From Thauera sp. (lineage in GTDB: Bacteria > Pseudomonadota > Gammaproteobacteria > Burkholderiales > Rhodocyclaceae), in NCBI GenBank assembly GCA_034005275.1, contig JAVEVA010000004.1, positions 25,355 to 89,354 on the forward strand: a stretch of DNA of 64,000 nt. The letters run 5' to 3'. A model generated the notes under the pieces. It was not told the DNA's origin. It searched no databases and saw only the letters and a program-made list of their open reading frames with translations. The translations under genes and the position numbers were made by a program. Below are positions 1 through 9,210 of this stretch, piece after piece. Position 1 is the first letter of the stretch; the number at the start of each line of letters is the position of its first letter.

Positions 1-924
1 GCCGATGTCCGTGGCCAGTTGCAGGCGAGGCGGGCGCTTGAGGTGGCGGCGGCCGGCGGTCATTCGCTGCTGCTGTTTGGTCCGCCCGGAACCGGCAAGT
101 CGATGCTCGCCCAGCGTCTGCCTGGCCTGTTGCCGCCGATGAGCGAGGAGGAGGCTTTGCAAAGTGCGGCCATTCTGTCGCTCGACGGCAGCTTCAGGTT
201 GGAGCGCTGGGCACGGCGTCCGTTTCGTGAGCCGCATCATTCCACTTCCGCAGCGGCGCTGGTCGGTGGCGGGGCGATTCCGCAGCCGGGAGAAATCTCG
301 CTCGCTCATCATGGCGTGCTGTTTCTGGATGAATTGCCCGAGTACGATCGGCGGGTACTCGAATCGCTGCGCGAGCCGCTGGAACGGGGCTCGATCAGCA
401 TCGCCCGCGCACGCCGCCGGGCGGAGTTTCCGGCCCGCTTCCAGCTGGTGGCAGCGATGAACCCTTGTCCTTGCGGTTATGCCGGTCATCCGCGCAAGGC
501 CTGCCGCTGCTCACCCGAGCAGATCGCCCGCTACCGCAGCCGTCTGTCCGGCCCTTTTCTCGATCGCATCGATCTGCTGGTGGAAGTGCCGGTGCTGGAA
601 CATGCCGAGCTGGTGAGCGCCGCAGCGGCGGAATCTTCCGCCAGCGTGCGGGCCCGGGTCGAGCAGGCTCGTGCGCTGCAGCTTGCCCGCCAGCAGGGTA
701 TCAATGCCCGCCTGGGCAGCCGCGAGCTGGAGCGTTTCTGTCAGCCGGATCGTGCCGGAGCGAAATTGCTTGCGCAGGCGATGGACAAGCTCGAGCTGTC
801 GGCGCGCGCCTATCACCGCATCCTGCGGGTCGCGCGCAGCATTGCCGATCTGGCGGGGGCGGAGCAGCCCGGAGCTGCGCACGTCGCGGAAGCGATTCAA
901 TACCGGCGAGAGTTGGCGCGCTGA
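1..924 (+). CDS. comM: YifB/ComM-family Mg-chelatase-like AAA+ ATPase, C-terminal ~300 codons (5' end outside the window)
   Basis: Walker A 'LLLFGPPGTGKSM', Walker B 'GVLFLDELPEYD' and the Cys cluster 'NPCPCGY...ACRCS' typical of the family. The first 'M' in the ORF track is a TTG at 19, so the frame is open to position 1. Confidence 0.85.
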   Translation, partial: ADVRGQLQARRALEVAAAGGHSLLLFGPPGTGKSMLAQRLPGLLPPMSEEEALQSAAILSLDGSFRLERWARRPFREPHHSTSAAALVGGGAIPQPGEISLAHHGVLFLDELPEYDRRVLESLREPLERGSISIARARRRAEFPARFQLVAAMNPCPCGYAGHPRKACRCSPEQIARYRSRLSGPFLDRIDLLVEVPVLEHAELVSAAAAESSASVRARVEQARALQLARQQGINARLGSRELERFCQPDRAGAKLLAQAMDKLELSARAYHRILRVARSIADLAGAEQPGAAHVAEAIQYRRELAR

Positions 925-1004
925 GGGGCGGGCACAGGACTCAGTACCGCCTGCAGGGCAGTCGCCTGAATGGCTCTTTGTGTTTTTCGCCTCCGGGGAG
1001 TTTG

Positions 1005-1033
1005 CTTGTGGCGCCGGGGCCATGCCCCGGCTC
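1005..1033. repeat. REP-like element, family A (core hairpin CCGGGGC-cat-GCCCCGG preceded by CTTGTGG)
   Basis: 'cttgtggcgccggggccatgccccggctc' recurs at 26410, 28166-28261 and 52457-52537. This copy overlaps the livF stop codon. Confidence 0.7.
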
Positions 1034-1760
1034 AGGCGCCGAGATAGCTTTGTCGCAGCGCGGGGTCGGCATGCAGGTGCTTGCTGTCGCCGCTGTATAC
1101 CAGGCGGCCGGCTTTGAGCAGGTAGGCGCGGCTGGCGTGGCGCAAGGCGAGCTGGGTGTTCTGTTCCACCAGCAGGATGGCGACGCCTTGTGCGCGGATC
1201 TGCTCAATGAAGCGATAGACTTCCTGCACCATCAGGGGCGCGAGGCCGAGCGAGGGCTCGTCGAGCAGCAGTAGTTGCGGGCGGGCGAGCAGGGCGCGGG
1301 CGAGGGCCAGCATCTGCTGTTCGCCGCCGGACAAGGTGCCGGCGCGCTGCTTGAGGCGTTCGCGCAGCCGTGGCAGGCGGTCGAGGATGGCGTCGAGCTC
1401 TTCCTTGACGGTCTGGCGGTCAGCGCGGCAGTAGCTGCCGAGGCGCAGGTTTTCGGCGACGCTGAGTGCTTGAAAGATGCCGCGCCCTTCCGGCACCAGC
1501 GCGATGCCGCAGCGCAGCCGCTGGTCGGGACGCAGGGCGTTGATCACTTCGTTCCGGTAACGGATTTCGCCGCTCTGCGGGCGCAGCAGGCCGGCAATCG
1601 CTTTCAGCGCGCTGCTCTTGCCGGCGCCATTGGCGCCCAGCAGGCAGACCATTTCGCCTGCGGCAAGCTGCAGCTCCAGTCCGCTGAGCGCCGGGATCTT
1701 GCCGTAACGCACTTCAAGCTGATGGATGACGAGCAGGGGCGGGGTCTCGGTCATCGTCAT
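1032..1760 (-). CDS. livF: branched-chain amino acid ABC transporter ATP-binding protein LivF
   Basis: '[16 protein letters not shown]', 'LSGGEQQMLALARAL', 'LLLLDEPSLGLAP'. ATG at 1760 overlaps the livG stop (ATGA). Confidence 0.9.
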   Translation of the reverse strand: MTMTETPPLLVIHQLEVRYGKIPALSGLELQLAAGEMVCLLGANGAGKSSALKAIAGLLRPQSGEIRYRNEVINALRPDQRLRCGIALVPEGRGIFQALSVAENLRLGSYCRADRQTVKEELDAILDRLPRLRERLKQRAGTLSGGEQQMLALARALLARPQLLLLDEPSLGLAPLMVQEVYRFIEQIRAQGVAILLVEQNTQLALRHASRAYLLKAGRLVYSGDSKHLHADPALRQSYLGA

Positions 1761-2530
1761 CCGTCGTCAACGGGGCTCGGCCCCAGCCAGGCGCGGATCA
1801 CTGCCGGATCGTGCTGGACGCTCGCCGGGCCGCCTTCGGCGATCTTGCGCCCGCAGTCGAGCACCGCGAGGCGGTCGCAGAGCTGCATCACCAGGCCGAC
1901 CTTGTGCTCGATGAGCAGGATGCTGATGCCGCGGGCGCGGATGCTGTGCAACAGCCTGGCAAGCTCGGCACTTTCCTCGTCATTCATGCCGGCGGCCGGT
2001 TCGTCGAGGGCGAGCAGGCGCGGCGCGCAAGCCAGCGCGCGGGCGATTTCAACCCGACGCTGGATGCCGAGCGGCTGGTCGGCACAGCGGCGCGACGCAC
2101 TGTCGGCAACGCCGAGCTCTTCCAGCAAGGCGATGGCGCGCTGGTGCAGGTTGCGTTCGTTGTCACGCTGGCGGCGATTGTTGAGCACGATGTCCCACAG
2201 GCGCTGGTGCTGTTGGCGGTGAAAGCCGATGAGGACATTGTCGAGTGCGCTCAGGCTGGGGAACAGGCGGCCGTTCTGGAAGCTGCGGGCGATGCCGCAG
2301 GCGGCAACGCGGTGGGCACCGTGTGGCAGCGGCTTGCCGGCAAAGCTCAGTGCGCCCCGGTCGGGGCGATCGAGACCGCACAGCAGATTGAAGAAGCTGG
2401 TCTTGCCGGCGCCATTGGGGCCGATGAGGCCGTAGATCTCCCCTTCCTCAATGTGCAGGCTGACTTCGTCGAGTGCCTGCACCCCGCCGTAGCGTTTGCT
2501 CAGCTGGTCGGCCCGCAGCAGGACGCCCAT
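1757..2530 (-). CDS. livG: branched-chain amino acid ABC transporter ATP-binding protein LivG
   Basis: 'LIGPNGAGKTSFFNLL', 'LALDEPAAGMN'. I chose the internal ATG at 2530 (MGVLLRADQLSKRYGG), which matches the usual LivG N-terminus and sits 25 nt after the ptsI stop. The ORF track extends to 2605. Confidence 0.85.
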   Translation of the reverse strand: MGVLLRADQLSKRYGGVQALDEVSLHIEEGEIYGLIGPNGAGKTSFFNLLCGLDRPDRGALSFAGKPLPHGAHRVAACGIARSFQNGRLFPSLSALDNVLIGFHRQQHQRLWDIVLNNRRQRDNERNLHQRAIALLEELGVADSASRRCADQPLGIQRRVEIARALACAPRLLALDEPAAGMNDEESAELARLLHSIRARGISILLIEHKVGLVMQLCDRLAVLDCGRKIAEGGPASVQHDPAVIRAWLGPSPVDDG

Positions 2531-2555
2531 CAGTGGCTGCCCATTATTTGTTGCA

Positions 2556-4292
2556 TTACTTGCTGGCCAGCCGTTCGAATGCATCCCGTATCCGTGCCGG
2601 CTCATCGAGCTTGAGCAGGCGCTGGACTTTGGGGCCGAGCTCGCTCAGGTCGGCGCGCAACACCTGTTGTTTCAGTTCGAGCAGATTGGCCGGATGGACC
2701 GAGAAATTGCGCAAGCCCATGCCGAGCAGCAGCAAGGTGTATTCCGGGTCGCCAGCCATCTCGCCGCAGACTGCCACCGGCACTTCATGGCGGGCACCGG
2801 TGGCGATGGTGTTGGCGATCAGCCGGAGCACGCCCGGATGAAGCGGGTCGTAGAGGTGGGCGACGGTTTCGTCGGCGCGGTCGACCGCCAGGGTGTACTG
2901 GATGAGGTCATTGGTGCCGATCGACAGGAAGGACAGGCGGCGGACGAACATCCCCAGTGCCATTGCGGCCGCCGGAATCTCGATCATGCCGCCGACCGCC
3001 AGTTCCTCGTCGAATTTGATTTTTTCCGCCCGCAGTTCGGTCTTCGCTTCTTCGAGCAAGGCCAGGCACTGGTCGATTTCCTGCGCATCGGCCAGCATCG
3101 GAATCATGATCTTCAGCTTGCCGAAGGCCGATGCACGCAGCAGGGCGCGCAACTGGGTGAGAAAGAGCTGCGGCTCGGCGAGCGCATAGCGCACGCCGCG
3201 CAGGCCGAGCGCCGGATTGAGCGGTGGGCGGTTGAGCGGGCGCTTGAGCGATTTGTCGGCACCGATGTCGAAGGTGCGGATGGTGACCGGTTTGCCGGCC
3301 ATCGCCTTCACCACGCTGCGATACGCTTCGAACTGTTCTTCTTCGTCGGGCAGGCTGTCGCGGCCGATGAACAGGAATTCGGTGCGGTAAAGGCCGATGC
3401 CGTCGGCCTTGACTTCCTTGACCGCCGGCAGATCCTTGGGGCCTTCGATGTTGCAGTAGAAGTTGATTTCCTCGCCATCAAGGGTGGAGGCGCGGGCGTC
3501 GCGCAGGCGGTTGAGCTTGGAGCGCTCGATCTCCAGCTCGCTGCGGCGCAGGTGGTATTCCTCAACGATGCCCGGATCGGGATCGACGATGATCACCCCG
3601 CGCGTGCCATCGATGATCACCAGCTCATCGGCTTCGACCAGATCGCGGATGTGGTGCAGGCCGACTACTGCCGGAATTTTCAGGCTGCGAGCGACGATGG
3701 CGGTGTGGCTGGTCGGGCCGCCGACATCGGTGACGAAACCAGCGATGTTGTGATCGCGAAAACCGAAGGTGTCGGTTGGTGACAAGTCGTGGGCCACGAC
3801 GATGCTGCCCAGACCGTCGCGGCGCTTGGGCGGCAGCTTGCCGGGCTGGCCGAGCAGCGCTTTCACCAGCCGTTCGACCACCTGCACCACATCGGCCTGA
3901 CGTTCGCGCAGGTAGGAATCCTCAATGCGGAGGAATTGCTCGACCAGCTGCTCCATCTGCTGCACCAGGGCCCATTCGGCATTGCAGCGTCGGGTTTCAA
4001 TCAGGTTGCGTGCAGTATCGATCAGCAGCGGGTCGCTGAGCATCATCAGCTGCAGATCGACAAAGGCGCCGAGCTCGGCATGGCTCTGGCCGGCAGCAGT
4101 GGTAGTTTCGCGCAAGACCTTGAGCTCGTCCTGCACGGTGGCAATCGCCTCGTCGAAGCGGGTGATCTCCGCTGCAAGATGGCGCGGCGCTACATGGTAG
4201 TGGTTGACTTCGAGCAGAGCGTGCGAGACCAGATGGACGTGGCCGATGGCAATCCCTTGCGAAACCGGCAGGCCGTGAACCGTGAACGCCAT
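2556..4292 (-). CDS. ptsI: phosphoenolpyruvate-protein phosphotransferase (PTS enzyme I, no N-terminal GAF domain)
   Basis: 578 aa. N-terminus 'GIAIGHVHL', 'GGPTSHTAIVARSL' (active-site His region), 'FLSIGTNDLIQYTLA', 'CGEMAGDP'. Confidence 0.93.
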   Translation of the reverse strand: MAFTVHGLPVSQGIAIGHVHLVSHALLEVNHYHVAPRHLAAEITRFDEAIATVQDELKVLRETTTAAGQSHAELGAFVDLQLMMLSDPLLIDTARNLIETRRCNAEWALVQQMEQLVEQFLRIEDSYLRERQADVVQVVERLVKALLGQPGKLPPKRRDGLGSIVVAHDLSPTDTFGFRDHNIAGFVTDVGGPTSHTAIVARSLKIPAVVGLHHIRDLVEADELVIIDGTRGVIIVDPDPGIVEEYHLRRSELEIERSKLNRLRDARASTLDGEEINFYCNIEGPKDLPAVKEVKADGIGLYRTEFLFIGRDSLPDEEEQFEAYRSVVKAMAGKPVTIRTFDIGADKSLKRPLNRPPLNPALGLRGVRYALAEPQLFLTQLRALLRASAFGKLKIMIPMLADAQEIDQCLALLEEAKTELRAEKIKFDEELAVGGMIEIPAAAMALGMFVRRLSFLSIGTNDLIQYTLAVDRADETVAHLYDPLHPGVLRLIANTIATGARHEVPVAVCGEMAGDPEYTLLLLGMGLRNFSVHPANLLELKQQVLRADLSELGPKVQRLLKLDEPARIRDAFERLASK

Positions 4293-4293
4293 G

Positions 4294-4563
4294 TCATTCC
4301 TCCTCGCCGAAACGGTCGGCGATCAGCGCCAGCACCGCCGCCAGTGCCGCTTCAGCTTCTGCGCCGCTGGTGTGAATGGTGAGCTGGCTGCCTTGAGCTG
4401 CAGCGAGCATCATGATCCCCATGATGCTTTTGGCGTTGACGCGGCGGTCGTTGGCTTCAAGCTCGACCTCGGCATCAAAACTGGCTGCCAGCTGGGTGAG
4501 CTTGGCTGAAGCGCGAGCATGCAGGCCCAGTCGGTTGATGATCTCGGCTTCGGCTTCCGGCAT
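4294..4563 (-). CDS. ptsH: phosphocarrier protein HPr
   Basis: 'NRLGLHARASAKL' (His15 region) and 'NAKSIMGIMML' (Ser46 region). ATG at 4563 gives 89 aa; the track's longer start is unlikely. The stop lies 1 nt before the ptsI start. Confidence 0.9.
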   Translation of the reverse strand: MPEAEAEIINRLGLHARASAKLTQLAASFDAEVELEANDRRVNAKSIMGIMMLAAAQGSQLTIHTSGAEAEAALAAVLALIADRFGEEE

Positions 4564-4716
4564 GTCGACGTCCTCGCTGGGCTGGGTATTGGAGACCGAT
4601 TTTAGCGGATTCAACCCGGGCACACTGCAGACTTGTCGGCTGCAGAAGGTGAGGGTTCCTCTGTGTATGTGGCGGATGAGGGCGATTCGCCTTCCTTCTG
4701 TGGCCCCGTACCCACA

Positions 4717-4752
4717 GGTGCTGGTGCTGGTGCTGGTGCTGGTCTCGGTCCT
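4717..4752. repeat. hexanucleotide tandem repeat (GGTGCT)x4 plus two degenerate units
   Basis: 'ggtgctggtgctggtgctggtgctggtctcggtcct' read directly, in the divergent ptsH / BCCT intergenic region. Confidence 0.8.
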
Positions 4753-4757
4753 CGGTT

Positions 4758-4785
4758 TTGAGGCTTGCGGGTGAAATGTTAGAAT
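4758..4785 (+). promoter_or_regulatory. candidate sigma70 promoter for the BCCT transporter (TTGAGG-16 nt-TGtTAGAAT, extended -10)
   Basis: Read directly. It is followed by the inverted repeat ATTCTT-gag-AAGAAT at about 4799-4813, before the ATG at 4867. Confidence 0.35.
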
Positions 4786-4866
4786 ACATTTGTTGAAATA
4801 TTCTTGAGAAGAATCTGTTCGCCCGCCACGGTGGTGGCGGTGTGGCGTTCAGGGCAGACAAAAACA

Positions 4867-6498
4867 ATGACTGTAAAGAAAGATCCGATGATTCCCGATG
4901 GGGAGGTCAATCCCATCGATACTGATTATCAGGTTGGTCAGGACAACGTGGTCGTCAAGGTCGGCCCGTTCGGGCTGGATGTGCATAACCGGGTGTTTGC
5001 TGTTTCCGGCGCGCTGGTGGTGCTGTTCGTGGTGTTGACGCTTGCGTTCCACGCGCAGATGGAGCCCTTGTTCAGCGGGGCCAAGAACTGGCTCACTTCG
5101 CAGATGGACGGTTTTTTCCTGGTGGCCGGCAATATCTTTGTTCTGCTCTGCCTCGGCCTGGTGGTGTCGCCGTTGGGACGGGTGCGGCTGGGCGGCACTG
5201 AAGCCAAGCCGGATTACAGCTACGTGGCGTGGTTTTCGATGCTGTTTGCCGCCGGGATGGGCATTGGCCTGATGTTTTTCGGTGTGTCCGAGCCGCTGGC
5301 GCATTTTGGTTCGGCGTTTGGCGGTGTGGCCAGCGACGGCGGCGTGCGCACCGACTGGGCGCCGCTGGCCGGTGCGGCGGGCGATGCCGGTGCGGCGACC
5401 CGACTGGGCATGGCGGCAACGATTTACCACTGGGCGCTGCATCCGTGGGCGATCTACGCCGTGCTGGCGCTGGGGCTGGCGCTGTTCTCGTTCAACAAGG
5501 GACTGCCGCTCACCATTCGTTCGGTGTTCTACCCGCTGCTCGGCGAACGGGTGTGGGGTTGGCCGGGACATTGCATCGACATTCTGGCGGTGATCGCCAC
5601 CTTGTTCGGTCTGGCGACTTCGCTCGGTTTTGGCGCGGCGCAGGCCAGTTCCGGGTTGAATTTTCTGTTCGGCATTCCGCAAGGCACCACGACCCAGGTG
5701 GTGCTGATCGTCGTCATCACTGCGCTGGCGCTGACTTCCGTGGTGGCCGGGCTGGATGCCGGGGTGAAGCGTCTGTCCGAGCTCAACATGCTGCTGGCGC
5801 TGTTGCTGCTGCTGTTCGTGGTTGCGGTCGGGCCCACTGCCGACATCCTCAGCGGCATCGTCGGCAATGCGGTGGCCTATGTGCAGCATCTGCCGGCGCT
5901 GTCCAATCCGCTCGGCCGTGAAGACGTGAACTTCCTGCAGGGCTGGACCGCTTTTTACTGGGCGTGGTGGATTTCCTGGTCGCCTTTTGTCGGCATGTTC
6001 ATTGCCCGCGTTTCGCGCGGCCGCACGGTGCGCGAATTCCTCATCGCGGTGCTGATCGTGCCTTCGCTGGCCTGTACGCTGTGGATGACGGTGTTCGGCG
6101 AAACGGCGATCAGTCAGGTGGTGCGGGATGGTTATCAGGCTGCCGCCGAAGCGGAACTGCCGCTGCAACTGTTCATGGTGCTCGACGCCTTGCCGATGGC
6201 GCAGATCACTTCGCTGCTTGGCATCATCCTGGTGGTGGTGTTCTTCGTCACTTCGTCGGACTCCGGTTCGCTGGTGGTCGATTTCATCGCTGCCGGCGGC
6301 AAGGTCGACGCGCCTTTGCCGCAGCGGGTATTCTGGGCGGTGCTGCAAGGTCTGACTGCTGCAGTGTTGATGCTCGGTGGTGGGCTGGTGGCCTTGCAGG
6401 CGATGGCCGTGTCGACCGGCTTCCCGTTTGCGATCGTGTTGCTGGTCGCCTGTGTGGCGATCGTCAAAGGGCTGATTTCAGAGCCGCGCTGGCGCTGA
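4867..6498 (+). CDS. BCCT-family (betaine/carnitine/choline) transporter
   Basis: 'WFSMLFAAGMGIGLMFFGVSEPLAHF', 'GWTAFYWAWWISWSPFVGMFIARVSRGRTVREF'. ATG at 4867 (MTVKKDP) was preferred over the track start at 4804. Confidence 0.9.
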   Translation: MTVKKDPMIPDGEVNPIDTDYQVGQDNVVVKVGPFGLDVHNRVFAVSGALVVLFVVLTLAFHAQMEPLFSGAKNWLTSQMDGFFLVAGNIFVLLCLGLVVSPLGRVRLGGTEAKPDYSYVAWFSMLFAAGMGIGLMFFGVSEPLAHFGSAFGGVASDGGVRTDWAPLAGAAGDAGAATRLGMAATIYHWALHPWAIYAVLALGLALFSFNKGLPLTIRSVFYPLLGERVWGWPGHCIDILAVIATLFGLATSLGFGAAQASSGLNFLFGIPQGTTTQVVLIVVITALALTSVVAGLDAGVKRLSELNMLLALLLLLFVVAVGPTADILSGIVGNAVAYVQHLPALSNPLGREDVNFLQGWTAFYWAWWISWSPFVGMFIARVSRGRTVREFLIAVLIVPSLACTLWMTVFGETAISQVVRDGYQAAAEAELPLQLFMVLDALPMAQITSLLGIILVVVFFVTSSDSGSLVVDFIAAGGKVDAPLPQRVFWAVLQGLTAAVLMLGGGLVALQAMAVSTGFPFAIVLLVACVAIVKGLISEPRWR

Positions 6499-6539
6499 TG
6501 GCTTGCGTGGAAAGGGCATTGCGTTGACGGGAGGCAGAG

Positions 6540-8420
6540 GTGCAGGTCGAACAGCTTGAGATTCTCGATTTTCTCGTCCAGCACCCGCCTTTCGATACGC
6601 TGCCTGAAGAAGCGCTGCACAAGACTGTGGCCGCAGTCGATGTGCGCTACTACAAGGCCGGCGAGCAGATTGTCGAATTCGGCGAGCCGGCGGCACACTG
6701 GCATGTGCTGCGCAGCGGCGCGGTCGAAGTCTTTCGCCGCAATGGCAGCCTGTACAACCGCCTCACGGCTGGTGGCTATTTCGGCGAGTTCGGCCTGCTG
6801 CGTCAGGGGCGGGTGCGTTTTCCGGTGCGCGCGCTGGAAGACAGCCTGGTTTACCTGATTCCGCAGGCGGTATTCCTCGAACTGTTCGACGAATACGAAG
6901 CGTTTGCCGATCAGGTCGAGCTGGAGGACCGCACCCGGCTGCGTCAGGCGCTGTCGCGGCGTGATGATGCTGGCAATGACTTGATGAGTGCCAGCGTGGC
7001 CAGCCTGCTGGTGCGCGAAGTGGTCACCATCGCCAGCACGGCGAGCGGGCGTGAAGCGGCGCAGCGGATGAGTGCAGAAGGGGTGTCCTGTCTGCTGATC
7101 GTCGATGACAACCCGGAGGTGCCCGAGCTGCCTTTGCTGGTCGGCATCCTCACCGACCGCGATTTGCGCAATCGCCTGCTTGCGCCTGGCCTTGACTACG
7201 ACACGCCGGTGGCCGGCATCATGTCGACCGATCTGGTGACGGTCACCCACAACCAGCTGGTGTTCGAAGCGATGCTGGCGATGCTGCGCCACAACGTGCA
7301 TCACCTGCCGGTGCTGAAAGATCAGCGCCCGCTCGGCATCGTCGCCCTGTCCGACATCATCCGCTACGAGTCGAACAACAGCCTGTTCCTGGTCGGGCGC
7401 ATTTTCCGCCAGCAAAGCGTCGATGAACTGGCGGCCTTGCTGCCCGATGTGCAAGCCTGTTTCAGCCGCATGGTCGGTGAAGAAAGCAGTGCCCATCTGG
7501 TCGGCAGCGCGATGGCGGCGATCGGGCGCAGTTTCAAGCAGCGCCTGCTCGAACTGGCCGAAGCGGAACTGGGGCCACCGCCGCTGCCGTACTGTTTTCT
7601 TGCGCTGGGCTCGATGGCGCGTCAGGAGCAGCTGATCGTCACCGATCAGGACAATGCCCTCATCCTCGACAACCGCTTCGATCCGGCGCAGCACGATGCG
7701 TATTTCAAGGCGCTGGCCGAGTTCGTCAGCGATGGCCTCGCCCGTTGCGGCTACAGCTATTGCAGTGGCGGCGTGATGGCGAGCAATGCCAAGTGGCGGC
7801 AGCCGCTGAAAGTGTGGGAGCAGTATTTCACCCGCTGGATCGAGCAGCCGACGCCGGAATCGCTGCTTCATGCCGGCATCTTTTTCGATCTGGATGGTGT
7901 GTGGGGGCGGGTGGACTGGGCGCAGCGCTTGCGTGAGCTGATTGCGCGCAAGGCGCGCGGCAACGGCCGCTTTCTCGCCAGCATGGCGCGCAATGCCTTG
8001 CTGCGTACCCCGCCATTGGGTTTTTTCAAGGACTTCGTCGTTGAATCCGATGGCCGTCATGCACGGGTGATCAACATCAAGCGCCGCGGCACCGCGCCGC
8101 TCACCGATCTGATCCGTGTGCATGCGCTGGCGGTCGGTTCGCTGTCGATCAATTCCTATGCGCGCATGCGTGACATCATCGACGCCGCCATTCTGCCGTT
8201 GGGTCGCGGACAGGATCTGTACGATGCGCTGGAGTTCATCGCCGGGGTGCGTGCCCGCCACCAGGCGGAAGACCTGCTTGCCGGCAATGAGGCCGACAAC
8301 AGCATCGACCCGGAAAAACTGTCCGAATTCGAGCGCAAGACTTTACGTGATGCTTTTCTGGTGCTCGGCAATGCGCAGCGTTTCATGAAGTACCGCTATC
8401 AGTCGGTACGTGGCAGCTGA
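6540..8420 (+). CDS. cyclic-nucleotide-binding / tandem CBS / DUF294 putative nucleotidyltransferase
   Basis: N-terminal cNMP-binding-like segment ('GGYFGEFGLL'), CBS pair ('HHLPVL', 'GIVALSDI') and a nucleotidyltransferase core ('ALGSMARQEQLIVTDQDNALI'). GTG start. Confidence 0.8.
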   Translation: MQVEQLEILDFLVQHPPFDTLPEEALHKTVAAVDVRYYKAGEQIVEFGEPAAHWHVLRSGAVEVFRRNGSLYNRLTAGGYFGEFGLLRQGRVRFPVRALEDSLVYLIPQAVFLELFDEYEAFADQVELEDRTRLRQALSRRDDAGNDLMSASVASLLVREVVTIASTASGREAAQRMSAEGVSCLLIVDDNPEVPELPLLVGILTDRDLRNRLLAPGLDYDTPVAGIMSTDLVTVTHNQLVFEAMLAMLRHNVHHLPVLKDQRPLGIVALSDIIRYESNNSLFLVGRIFRQQSVDELAALLPDVQACFSRMVGEESSAHLVGSAMAAIGRSFKQRLLELAEAELGPPPLPYCFLALGSMARQEQLIVTDQDNALILDNRFDPAQHDAYFKALAEFVSDGLARCGYSYCSGGVMASNAKWRQPLKVWEQYFTRWIEQPTPESLLHAGIFFDLDGVWGRVDWAQRLRELIARKARGNGRFLASMARNALLRTPPLGFFKDFVVESDGRHARVINIKRRGTAPLTDLIRVHALAVGSLSINSYARMRDIIDAAILPLGRGQDLYDALEFIAGVRARHQAEDLLAGNEADNSIDPEKLSEFERKTLRDAFLVLGNAQRFMKYRYQSVRGS

Positions 8421-8430
8421 GGACGTGGCG

Positions 8431-9210
8431 ATGCTGCACCGGGGAGATCTGCAAGCGCTGGCGGCGACCACTGCCGGCGGCCGCGCAGTGTCCGCTGGGC
8501 GTGTCGACTGGGCGCAGCGTTTTCGCGCGCTCGCCGCCAGTGCGCAGGACCCGCGCCTGCGTGCCTATTACGCCCATGGCCTGCCGGATGCGCGTACGCC
8601 AATCCGTGAAGTGCCTTTGCTGGCGCTTGATGTCGAAACCACCGGCCTCGATCCGACACAGGACGAGATCGTCAGCATCGGCGCCTTGCCGCTGTACGGT
8701 CGCCATATCGAAGCCAGTGCCGCCCGCTACTGGCTGCTGCGTCCCCAGGGGGAGCTGCATGCCGAGTCAGTGACCATTCACAGCCTGACGCATGCGCAGC
8801 TGGCCGATGCACCGGCGCTCGACAGCATCATCACCGAGCTGCTCGATTGTCTGCGCGGTCGTGTGCTGGTGGTGCATTGCGCAGCGATCGAGCGTCGTTT
8901 CCTCGACCGCGCTCTGCGCGCCTGCCTTGGCGAAGGGATCGAATTTCCGGTGATCGACACCATGGCGCTCGAAGCCCGTCTTCATCGCCGTCCGCCCGGC
9001 TTGTGGCGCTGGCTGTCAGGCATGCTGGGCCGCCGTCGCCCGCAGCAGGTGTCGATCCGCCTCGCCGACAGCCGCGCCCGTTATCGCCTGCCGCGTTATC
9101 GTGCCCATCACGCGCTGACCGACGCACTGGCCAGTGCCGAATTGCTCCAGGCCCAGCTTGCTCATCACTACCGCAGCGATACCCCGCTTGCGCAGTTGTG
9201 GAGCTCGTAG
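8431..9210 (+). CDS. DEDD-type 3'-5' exonuclease (DNA polymerase III epsilon-like)
   Basis: 'LALDVETTGLDPTQDEIVSIG' (ExoI), 'LVVHCAAIERRFL' (ExoII), 'HHALTDALASAELL' (ExoIII). ATG at 8431 follows GAGGA by 7 nt. The track start at 8410 is a GTG that overlaps the upstream gene. Confidence 0.85.
   Translation: MLHRGDLQALAATTAGGRAVSAGRVDWAQRFRALAASAQDPRLRAYYAHGLPDARTPIREVPLLALDVETTGLDPTQDEIVSIGALPLYGRHIEASAARYWLLRPQGELHAESVTIHSLTHAQLADAPALDSIITELLDCLRGRVLVVHCAAIERRFLDRALRACLGEGIEFPVIDTMALEARLHRRPPGLWRWLSGMLGRRRPQQVSIRLADSRARYRLPRYRAHHALTDALASAELLQAQLAHHYRSDTPLAQLWSS

Noticed and set aside
6135-8261. 708-aa ORF on the minus strand. Similar long antisense ORFs lie at 2496-3782(+), 4849-6348(-), 12773-14437(+), 18252-19571(+), 24655-26391(+), 26937-28304(+), 28532-29929(+), 32788-34149(+), 35935-37572(-), 47759-48859(+), 49382-50284(-), 56413-57330(+) and 57863-58648(+).
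   Set aside because: Each lies antisense to a gene with clear family motifs. Each has the Arg/Ala/Gly/His-rich, motif-free composition typical of shadow ORFs in high-GC DNA.
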